Assembly: GCA_041640655.1 (NCBI GenBank)
Contig: JBEPZV010000016.1
Location: forward strand, 1-53,530
Source of the DNA: a bacterium
Lineage (GTDB): Bacteria > Acidobacteriota > Blastocatellia > HR10
Direction: 5' to 3'
DNA: 53,530 nucleotides
Made by a program: the position numbers and the translations under genes. Below, one piece after another: positions 45,861 to 53,530 of this stretch (position 1 is the stretch's first letter; every line of letters begins with the position of its first letter). A model generated the notes under the pieces. That model saw only the letters and a list, made by a program, of their open reading frames with translations. It was not told the origin of the DNA and searched no databases.

Positions 45861-47354
45861 ATGCGACTTCATACGCTCGACGTTGTGATCATCGCCGCTT
45901 ATCTGGTGGGGACGACGCTCTTCGGCCTCTGGCTCGGGCGCGGACAGCGCACCACGAACGAGTATTTCGTCAGCGGGCGAAACCTCCCGTGGTGGGCCAT
46001 CGCGCTCTCGATCGTAGCGACCGAGACGAGCACGGTCACCTTCATCAGCGTGCCCGGATATGCGTACATGAGAGGGGCCAATGGCGAGGGGGGAGATCTG
46101 ACGTTCCTGCAACTCGTGTGCGGATACCTGGTCGGTCGGCTCATCATCAGCGTCCTCTTCATCCCCCTCTATTTTCGCGGCGAACTTCTAACGGCGTATC
46201 AAGTTCTGGCGTACCGATTCGGCGAGCGGGCGCGTCGTGCGGCTTCCGGACTCTTCCTCATCACGCGCAGCCTGGCCGACGGCTTTCGCCTGTTCGCTAC
46301 GGCCATCGTGCTCGCGGCCGTGACCGGATGGAGCGATTCGGCCTCGATCCTGCTGATCGGGGCGGTGACGATCCTCTACACGTACGTGGGCGGCCAGCGG
46401 GCTGTCATCTGGACGGACGTCGTTCAATTCAGCGTGTATCTGATCGGCGCGCTCGTGGCGCTGGAGGTGCTCCTGGCGCGCCTCCCCGGAGGGTGGGCGA
46501 CGGCGTGGGCTGTCGCCGAAGCGCACGGGAAATGGCGCGTCTTCGACTTCACGTGGGATGTGACGCGCAGCTACACCTTCTGGTCCGGGATCATCGGCGG
46601 CGCTTTTCTGACCACCGCCACGCACGGGACGGATCAGCTCATCGTGCAACGCTACTTGGCGAGTCGGACGGCGCGTCAGGCGATGACCGCGCTCCTGGCG
46701 AGTGGCGTCGTCGTCTTCTTCCAGTTCCTGCTTTTTCTCCTGATTGGCGTCATGCTCTTCGCCTTCTACGCGCACTTCCCCCCTCCGGCGCCGTTCACGC
46801 AGAGCGACCGGGTCTTCCCCCACTTCATCGTGCGCGAGCTGCCGATCGGACTCGTCGGCGTGATCGTGGCGGCCATCCTCGCGGCGGCTATGTCCACGCT
46901 CTCCAGCTCCTTGAATTCTTGCTCGGCAGCGACGGTGACGGACTTCTACCGCCCCCTTCGAGGAGAGCGCCTCTCGGAGGCGCACTATCTGCGCGTCGCC
47001 CGGGGGCTGACGCTCGGATGGGGGATCGCTCAAATTCTGGTGGCGCTCGCCGCCCGCGCCCTCTCGCAACGCGTGGTGGACGAAGTCCTCGCCATCGCCG
47101 CCTTCACCAATGGAGCGATCCTCGGCGTCTTCTTCCTCGGCACGCTCACCCGACGCGTGGGCGAACGCGCCGCGCTTATCGGCATGGTCAGCGGTCTCCT
47201 GGTCATGCTCTCGGTCAAGCTCTTCACCGCGATCGCCTGGCCGTGGTTCACCGTGATCGGATCCGCGACCACAGGGATCGTGGGATGGGCGAGCCACGTC
47301 CTCGGCGAGCGTCTCGCCAGCAGGAGCGAACCGATGCGCGTCGAACGCTCGTGA
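45861..47354 (+). CDS. sodium:solute symporter
   Basis: [38 protein letters not shown]; many TM helices. Confidence 0.92.
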   Translation: MRLHTLDVVIIAAYLVGTTLFGLWLGRGQRTTNEYFVSGRNLPWWAIALSIVATETSTVTFISVPGYAYMRGANGEGGDLTFLQLVCGYLVGRLIISVLFIPLYFRGELLTAYQVLAYRFGERARRAASGLFLITRSLADGFRLFATAIVLAAVTGWSDSASILLIGAVTILYTYVGGQRAVIWTDVVQFSVYLIGALVALEVLLARLPGGWATAWAVAEAHGKWRVFDFTWDVTRSYTFWSGIIGGAFLTTATHGTDQLIVQRYLASRTARQAMTALLASGVVVFFQFLLFLLIGVMLFAFYAHFPPPAPFTQSDRVFPHFIVRELPIGLVGVIVAAILAAAMSTLSSSLNSCSAATVTDFYRPLRGERLSEAHYLRVARGLTLGWGIAQILVALAARALSQRVVDEVLAIAAFTNGAILGVFFLGTLTRRVGERAALIGMVSGLLVMLSVKLFTAIAWPWFTVIGSATTGIVGWASHVLGERLASRSEPMRVERS

Positions 47355-47367
47355 GAGCGGAGGGCTC

Positions 47368-49131
47368 ATGCGGCTGACGCTGAGGGATTGGCTGATCCTC
47401 GTCGCGTACTTCATTCTCTCGCTGGGGATCGGCTTGGCCTACACGCGTCGGGCGAGCCGCAGCGTGGTGGAATACTTCCTCTCGGGTCGGCATCTGCCGT
47501 GGTGGCTCGCCGGAACCTCGATGGTCGCGACGACGTTCGCCGCCGATACCCCCTTGGCCGTCACCGAGATGGTCGCGCGACATGGCGTGGCTGGGAATTG
47601 GCTCTGGTGGAACTTCGTCATGAGCGGCATGCTCACGGTCTTCCTGTACGCTCGACTTTGGCGACGCGCGCAGGTGATGACTGATGTCGAATTCATCGAG
47701 CTGCGCTATGCCGGACGCGCGGCCGCGTTCTTGCGGGGATTTCGCGCGATCTACCTGGGATTGCTCGTCAACAGTCTCATCATGGGATGGGTGACCCTGG
47801 GCATGGCCACCGTCATCGGTCTCTCGCTCGGCGTCGGGAAGCTGGAAGCCGCCTTCCTCTGCCTGGGGATCACGGCCTTTTATGCCCTTCTCTCCGGACT
47901 CTGGGGCGTCGTGGTCACCGATGCCGTTCAGTTCGTGATCGCCATGGCGGGCTCGATCGCGCTCGCCGTCTTCGCCCTCCAGGTCGTGGGGGGGATCCCC
48001 GGGCTCCTGGCACGATTGCCGGAGCACTTCGGCAGCGCCGAGGCTGCGATCGCCATCTGGCCGGGCTGGGACTCGCCGTGGTTACCACTAGAGACGCTGC
48101 TCATCTACATCGGAGTCCAATGGTGGGCCTCGTGGTATCCGGGAGCGGAGCCCGGAGGCGGCGGCTATATCGCCCAGCGCATCTTCTCGACCAAGGATGA
48201 ACGACACGGCGTCTGGGCGACGCTCTGGTTCAACGTCGCGCATTATGCTTTACGTCCGTGGCCGTGGATCTTGGTCGCGCTCTCGGCCGTCGTCCTCTAT
48301 CCTCAGTTGCGCGTCAGCGATCCGACGGCTCTCTACGTGCGCGTGATGGTGGATCATCTGCCCCCCATCTGGCGTGGCTTGCTCCTGGCCTCCTTCGCCG
48401 CCGCCTATATGTCCACGATCGCGACGCACTTGAATTGGGGCACGTCGTATCTGGTCAACGACTTTTACCGTCGATTCGTCCGCCCGTCCGCCGATGAGCG
48501 CCATTATGTTCTCGTCTCGCGCACGGCGACGGGACTGCTGGCCCTGATCTCAATCCTCGTGACGCTGAACCTGCGGCGGATCACCGGGGCGTGGGAGCTG
48601 CTGCTCAGCCTTGGAGCGGGGACGGGACTCGTATATCTCCTGCGCTGGTTCTGGTGGCGTATCAACGCCTGGTCGGAGATCGCCGCCATGACGACAGCTC
48701 TCCTGGTCACACTTGGATTGAAACTCGCTCGCCCCTTCTCTGACGATGACCCGCTGCTTTACGCCAAGTCCATGCTCGTGACCGTCGCGGTGACGACGGC
48801 GGTATGGATGCTGGTGACCTGGCTCACGCCAGCCGAGCCCCAAGCGAAGTTGATCGCGTTTTACGAGCGTGTTCGCCCTGGCGGCCCCGGCTGGGCATCC
48901 TTTGCGCGACAGCTCAATGCCCCAGCCCCTGACCCGCTTGCTCCCAGTCTGGCCTGTTGGGCCCTCGGATGCGCGCTCATCTACGGCTTCCTTTTCGGAA
49001 TCGGATCCGCGATCTTCGGCCAATGGCCCAAAGCCGTTCTCTTCCTGGGCACCGGTTTCCTCGCCGGTGCGGGGATCTTCCGACTCTTATCTCGCCACCG
49101 GGAGCGCGAGGGGATCCTATGTTCAAGATGA
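47368..49131 (+). CDS. sodium:solute symporter (second subfamily)
   Basis: GTSMVATTFAADTP, EPGGGGYIAQR, AAYMST, RWFWWRINAWSE. Confidence 0.92.
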   Translation: MRLTLRDWLILVAYFILSLGIGLAYTRRASRSVVEYFLSGRHLPWWLAGTSMVATTFAADTPLAVTEMVARHGVAGNWLWWNFVMSGMLTVFLYARLWRRAQVMTDVEFIELRYAGRAAAFLRGFRAIYLGLLVNSLIMGWVTLGMATVIGLSLGVGKLEAAFLCLGITAFYALLSGLWGVVVTDAVQFVIAMAGSIALAVFALQVVGGIPGLLARLPEHFGSAEAAIAIWPGWDSPWLPLETLLIYIGVQWWASWYPGAEPGGGGYIAQRIFSTKDERHGVWATLWFNVAHYALRPWPWILVALSAVVLYPQLRVSDPTALYVRVMVDHLPPIWRGLLLASFAAAYMSTIATHLNWGTSYLVNDFYRRFVRPSADERHYVLVSRTATGLLALISILVTLNLRRITGAWELLLSLGAGTGLVYLLRWFWWRINAWSEIAAMTTALLVTLGLKLARPFSDDDPLLYAKSMLVTVAVTTAVWMLVTWLTPAEPQAKLIAFYERVRPGGPGWASFARQLNAPAPDPLAPSLACWALGCALIYGFLFGIGSAIFGQWPKAVLFLGTGFLAGAGIFRLLSRHREREGILCSR

Positions 49132-49271
49132 ACTGGCTTCCGAAAATTTGGAAATTTCATCCACGTTTTCGGAAGGAAACGGTCTTGGCGAGAGACAAGC
49201 GGATGAAACGGGATGGCGTTATCCCCGTCTTCCGAAATGGGTTAGGACCGAACGGGCGAGTCGTCCGAGAT

Positions 49272-49288
49272 TGGGAACGCAATTTGCT
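49272..49288 (+). promoter_or_regulatory. candidate sigma54 promoter of the downstream TBDR
   Basis: TGGGAACGCAATTTGCT: GG (49274-49275)-N10-GC (49286-49287), ending in TTGC. Confidence 0.55.
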
Positions 49289-49438
49289 AAGAATCTCGTT
49301 GCGGGCAGTGATCCGCACAGGGCCTCTTGTCGAGAGGGCCTGTGTCGGAAGCCGCTCCGAACTTCTCACTCGCCCTTCCGAGGCCGACGCGGCGCTGCGA
49401 GGTCTTCGGAAGGTAGCATCCTCAAGGAGGGGAGGATT

Positions 49439-52400
49439 ATGAGACGGTTCAGCCTGATGCTTGCTGGATTTTTTCTAGGACTCACGCTGACCTTCGGCCA
49501 AGGGACGACCTCGCGAATCATGGGCGTGGTGACCGATCCGACCGGGGCTGTCGTCCCTGACGCCGTGGTCACCATCACGAACGAAGCGACGCGCGTCGCC
49601 TACACGACGCGCACGACTTCGGCTGGAACATACGTTTTCGATTCCATTCCCATCGGCACCTACACGGTGACGGTGGAGAAGGAGGGGTTCAAAAAATTCG
49701 TCTCCACGGGGAATGTCCTGACGATCGGACAGCCGATGACCGTTAACGTGAGATTGGAGGTTGGGCAGATCGCCGAAGCCGTCGAAGTGACGGGGGTGGC
49801 GGAGCTGGTCCAGACGAGCACATCGGGGAACTTCGGGAATCTCGTGCATCAACAGGCTATCTTGAACCTCCCGATCGTCGGCGTCCGTGGACGGAATCCC
49901 TTGAACTTCGTGCTCTTCCAACCTGGAGTTGTCTCAGGGGCGAACACCGGTGGGGGCGTTCACGTGCATGGGTCGCGCGATCGAGCGTGGAACTTCACGC
50001 TCGATGGCATTGACATCAACGAGACGAGTGCCGGTGGGTCGAACTTCTCCCCGCTGCGCACGAATCCCGATACGCTGGCCGAGTTCCGCGTCCTGACGAG
50101 CAACTTCACAGCGGAATTCGGGCGCAGCAGCGGCGGACAAGTGACGATGGTGACGCGCTCGGGCACGAACGAATTCCACGGCACGCTCTTCTGGTTCTAT
50201 CAAACGCCGCGACTGCACGCGAATGAGTACGAGAACAACGTCAATGACCAGCCGAAGCGCCAGTTCGTGCAACATATTCCGGGATTCAGCCTCGGCGGGC
50301 CGATCATTCGGAACAAGACCTTCTTCTTCACAAACCTGCAGGTCCTGCGCACGCGGGAGACGCGCATAGTGACGAGCGCCGTGTATACGGCGGAAGCTCG
50401 ACGCGGTCTGTTCCGGTATGTTCGAGGCGGGCGGAATATGCCGGCAGGTGTTGCGGGTGCCTCAGTGGATTCCAACGGGAATCCGCTGCCCGGCCTCAAT
50501 ATCGGCGTCTACGACATTGTGGCGAACGATCCGGCTGGCTATGGGCTCGATCCCACGATCAAACGCCTGATTGACCTTATGCCCTTGCCGAATGACTTCA
50601 AGTTCAAGGCGGGCGATGGCCTGAACGTCGCCGGATTCACCTGGTCGCCGATCCAACGGGAGGAGCAAGAGGACTTCGTCCTGCGGATTGATCATGTCTT
50701 CAACGAGCGGCACACCCTTTTCGGCCGATGGGCGCACGGACGCCAGGACACGCTCGGCGACTTCGCCAACAGCGGGTGGGCGCGCTTCCCGAACACACCG
50801 CGTTTTGTGGATACGACGCGCGATCCCCGGAATCTGGCGATCAACTGGCGGTGGACGCCCACGGCTCGCATGACGAACGAATTCGTCATCGGGATGAACC
50901 GGTTCACCTTCAGCTTCAACAACCCCGATCCGAACCCGCAGACGCCTCCCGTCGTCTTGAACAATGTGACGACGCCGCTGCCCGGGACGGATCCCTTCTT
51001 CTATAACGCGCGCGCGTTGACGACCTATCAGCTCGTGGACAATTTCACGTACGTTCGCGGAGCGCACACGTTCAAGACGGGCATCAACTTCCGCTATCAG
51101 CGCCACATTGATCGGCGGACATCCGTGGCTGGCCTGAACACGCGCCTCTCGGTCAATCTCAGTACGGCGGTGAACACGGTGGATCCGGTCGCTTTCCGGC
51201 TTCCGACGGACATCAACACGACGTTCGATCGCCCGCGGCTGCAAGCGGCGATCAACGACCTGCTCGGACGCGTGGGGACGATCAGTCGCGCGTTCGTCGC
51301 CATCAGCGATGATCAATATGGGCCGCCGGGGACGACCTTCAGCTTCGACGCTCGTTATCCCGAGTACGACTTCTACTGGCAGGACACCTGGAAGATTCGC
51401 CCCAACCTGACGCTCGACCTCGGCTTGCGATGGGAGATCAAGCTCTCCCCGAGCGATCCCCGCAATCGGATCCTTCGACCGGAGCGTCCCATTGTCTTGG
51501 GTGCCCCGGCCAGCAATACGATCCGTTGGGTGAAGGGGGAACTCTACGATGACGATTGGAATAACCTCGGCCCGACGATCGGCTTCGCGTGGGATCCGTT
51601 CGGCACGGGGAAGACTTCGATTCGGGCGAACTATCGTCTGGCGTATGATCGTGTGCCCACGTTCCTCTTCTCGTCGTTCATCTTCCCCACGATGCCAGGG
51701 ATCGTCTTGCCGGTGATCAACCAGGAGTTCGGGCAGCGCGGCGGGCGACTTCGCGATGGACTCCCGACGCTCGCGCCGCCAGCCGACCTGACTCCCGCGC
51801 AGCTCCGACAGCCGGCTCCTTTCTCGACAGCAAGTCTCCACGTCGTGGACCCGAGCCTGCGTTCCCCGAAGACCAATATGTGGGGGTTGAGCATCCAGCG
51901 AGAGCTGGCGTGGAAGACGGTGTTGGAGCTGAACTACATCGGTCGCCGCGGAGTCGGTCTGTTCGGTGCGTATGACATCAACCAGGCCGAGATCTTCCAA
52001 AATGGGTTCCTCGAGGCCTTTCGTATCGTACAGGCGGGCGGGGAGAGTGATCTCATCAACCGACTGTTGGAAAAAGACTCGCGGCGGCGAGCGGGGGAGA
52101 CTGGTTCGCAGATGCTCCGACGGCTCTTCGCCTCGACGCTGAATCTGAATTCGGTGGCGGCCCTGGCCGCATCACTCGCGACGCGCACAGAAGGGGGGCA
52201 GCCCCTTGTCGTCGCCAGTGGCTTCAGCCCCTTCTTCTTCTTCCCCTTCCCGCAGTTCTCCGGTGGTCTGGTGGTGCTCGATAGCAACGACTTCTCGACC
52301 TACCACGCCTTCGAAGCGCAGATCTCGCGACAACTCAGCCGAGGCCTGAGCTTTCAGTTCAGCTACACCTTCGCGAAGTCGCTCGACACCCGCTCCTTCG

Positions 52401-53071
52401 ACCCCACTTTCACGACGGCAGCGACAGGAACAGCCCAATCGGCTTCGAGCACTCCCTTCGATCTCCGGAACCGGCGATTGAACTACGCGCGCTCGGACTT
52501 CGACCGCCGCCACTCGTTCCAGGGCTATTGGACGTGGGACCTCCCCTTCGGCTTGGGGCAGCGTTGGGGATCAGGATGGGACCCCGTGTTGAACCAGATC
52601 GCCGGAGGCTGGCAGATCGCGGGCATCGTGCGGTGGCATTCGGGCCGTCCCTTCACGGTCTATTCTGGAGCGAACACGGTGAGTAACGTCGTCTCCTCAC
52701 CGGCCGATTGCAACGGCTGCTCGCCCGATATGGGTCGGCTGTTCCTGGATCCCGCCGCGGGCACGCTCTTCTACTTCGATGCCCAACAGCGCGGACTCTT
52801 CTCGATCCCGGCCCCCGGACGGTTGGGGAACACGGGTCGGAACTTCTTCACCGGTCCACGGTTCTTCAGCCTCGATCTCACCATCGGGAAGCAGTTCCGC
52901 ATCACTGAGCGACATAATCTCCAATTCCGGTTGGAGATGCAGAACGCGACGAATACCCCCTCGTTCGGATTCCCGACGGCCGTCGTCACGAGCGCCGTCT
53001 TCGGCATGGTGAGAGACAGCGTCGTGAGCAGCTCGCGGAAGATGCAAGTGGTGCTGAGGTATAACTTCTGA
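49439..53071 (+). CDS. TonB-dependent receptor, Oar-like
   Basis: Signal peptide MRRFSLMLAG..., TRSGTNEFHG, LTLDLGLRWE, C-terminal MQVVLRYNF; GGAGG SD before ATG 49439. Confidence 0.92.
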   Translation: MRRFSLMLAGFFLGLTLTFGQGTTSRIMGVVTDPTGAVVPDAVVTITNEATRVAYTTRTTSAGTYVFDSIPIGTYTVTVEKEGFKKFVSTGNVLTIGQPMTVNVRLEVGQIAEAVEVTGVAELVQTSTSGNFGNLVHQQAILNLPIVGVRGRNPLNFVLFQPGVVSGANTGGGVHVHGSRDRAWNFTLDGIDINETSAGGSNFSPLRTNPDTLAEFRVLTSNFTAEFGRSSGGQVTMVTRSGTNEFHGTLFWFYQTPRLHANEYENNVNDQPKRQFVQHIPGFSLGGPIIRNKTFFFTNLQVLRTRETRIVTSAVYTAEARRGLFRYVRGGRNMPAGVAGASVDSNGNPLPGLNIGVYDIVANDPAGYGLDPTIKRLIDLMPLPNDFKFKAGDGLNVAGFTWSPIQREEQEDFVLRIDHVFNERHTLFGRWAHGRQDTLGDFANSGWARFPNTPRFVDTTRDPRNLAINWRWTPTARMTNEFVIGMNRFTFSFNNPDPNPQTPPVVLNNVTTPLPGTDPFFYNARALTTYQLVDNFTYVRGAHTFKTGINFRYQRHIDRRTSVAGLNTRLSVNLSTAVNTVDPVAFRLPTDINTTFDRPRLQAAINDLLGRVGTISRAFVAISDDQYGPPGTTFSFDARYPEYDFYWQDTWKIRPNLTLDLGLRWEIKLSPSDPRNRILRPERPIVLGAPASNTIRWVKGELYDDDWNNLGPTIGFAWDPFGTGKTSIRANYRLAYDRVPTFLFSSFIFPTMPGIVLPVINQEFGQRGGRLRDGLPTLAPPADLTPAQLRQPAPFSTASLHVVDPSLRSPKTNMWGLSIQRELAWKTVLELNYIGRRGVGLFGAYDINQAEIFQNGFLEAFRIVQAGGESDLINRLLEKDSRRRAGETGSQMLRRLFASTLNLNSVAALAASLATRTEGGQPLVVASGFSPFFFFPFPQFSGGLVVLDSNDFSTYHAFEAQISRQLSRGLSFQFSYTFAKSLDTRSFDPTFTTAATGTAQSASSTPFDLRNRRLNYARSDFDRRHSFQGYWTWDLPFGLGQRWGSGWDPVLNQIAGGWQIAGIVRWHSGRPFTVYSGANTVSNVVSSPADCNGCSPDMGRLFLDPAAGTLFYFDAQQRGLFSIPAPGRLGNTGRNFFTGPRFFSLDLTIGKQFRITERHNLQFRLEMQNATNTPSFGFPTAVVTSAVFGMVRDSVVSSSRKMQVVLRYNF

Positions 53072-53080
53072 TCGGCTCTC

Positions 53081-53118
53081 GGGCGCGGGGGACGCCCCTC
53101 CCGCGCCCTTCCTCTTGC
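53081..53118 (+). terminator. putative terminator hairpin after TBDR
   Basis: GGGCGCGGG-N10-CCCGCGCCC followed by a pyrimidine-rich tract. Confidence 0.5.
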
Positions 53119-53237
53119 ATCTTCCTGGCGCGGCGGACGCCGGAACCTTCTGGCCCCGCGTTCTTTCCCTGATGACCACGCGACTTCGAAGGCCGCGAAC
53201 ACCCGTGTGCTATAATGAGGGGTGCGAGGTCAGAGCT

Positions 53238-53530
53238 ATGAAGCACGCAAGGGACGTGCTGGTTCGTGCGACAGCGTGCGACGGGATGGTGCGATGCGTC
53301 GCGGCGATCACTACCCGTCTCGTGGATGAAGCGAGCCGGCGACATCGAACGTCGCCCACTGTCTCAGCTGCCTTGGGACGTACGCTGACGGCCGGCGCGC
53401 TGTTGGGCAGCATGCTGAAAGATACGGAGAAGGTGACGATCCTGCTGCAGTGCACCGGACCGATTGGCGGCATCACGGTCGAAGCCGATGCGCGCGGGAA
53501 CGTTCGCGGATATGCGAAGAATCCCCAGGT
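53238..53530 (+). CDS. hslO: Hsp33 redox-regulated chaperone (5' partial)
   Basis: AALGRTLTAGALLGSMLK...GPIGGITVEADARGNVRGYAKNP; extended -10 TGcTATAAT at 53208-53216; runs off the window end. Confidence 0.9.
   Translation, partial: MKHARDVLVRATACDGMVRCVAAITTRLVDEASRRHRTSPTVSAALGRTLTAGALLGSMLKDTEKVTILLQCTGPIGGITVEADARGNVRGYAKNPQ

Noticed and set aside
43254..46112. 952-aa minus-strand ORF
   Set aside because: Antisense to the well-supported kinase, decarboxylase and SSS genes; no domain signature
48869..49438. 190-aa N-terminal extension of the second TBDR in the ORF track, and an overlapping ORF ending at 49442
   Set aside because: Overlaps the SSS gene; the SD and signal peptide identify ATG 49439 as the start; the region looks regulatory
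1..53530. CRISPR arrays, tRNA/rRNA, IS elements, prophage or defence genes
   Set aside because: No regularly spaced direct repeats, cloverleafs, or transposase, integrase or phage-like ORFs seen by eye; SPDG repeats are protein propeller repeats

Overview
GC-rich bacterial chromosomal segment. The two Oar-type TonB-dependent receptors and the PD40-repeat kinase suggest Acidobacteriota, possibly Blastocatellia (inference only). It holds about 35 genes; I saw no rRNA, tRNA, CRISPR array or transposase. In order: (i) an acyl-catabolism-like cluster with a KAS-III carrying Ser at the catalytic Cys position, MaoC, tandem TetR, TBDR, ALDH, alpha/beta hydrolase and ADH; (ii) gltB without gltD, preceded by a 67-aa ORF and a consensus sigma54 promoter, divergent from a 5'-truncated porin; (iii) a 2OG oxygenase, secreted amidohydrolases and a flavin reductase; (iv) a dapB-dapA-dapD-murB-murA operon whose leader looks like a Lys-codon leader-peptide attenuator and whose MurA has Asp at the active-site Cys; (v) a penicillin-acylase-family gene; (vi) an operon of Ser/Thr kinase, Cys-rich small protein and GAF-sigma54 activator; (vii) a Tat-signal small protein plus amidase, then ybaK-like, DinG-like and glyA; (viii) a LysR-divergent locus with SIS protein, BadF-type kinase, atypical fold-III decarboxylase, two SSS transporters and a TBDR with a candidate sigma54 promoter; (ix) the 5' end of hslO. 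The best candidates for undescribed systems are the kinase/Cys-rich/bEBP operon, the dap leader attenuator and the SIS/kinase/decarboxylase uptake locus. All calls come from motif reading by eye; no database searches were run.
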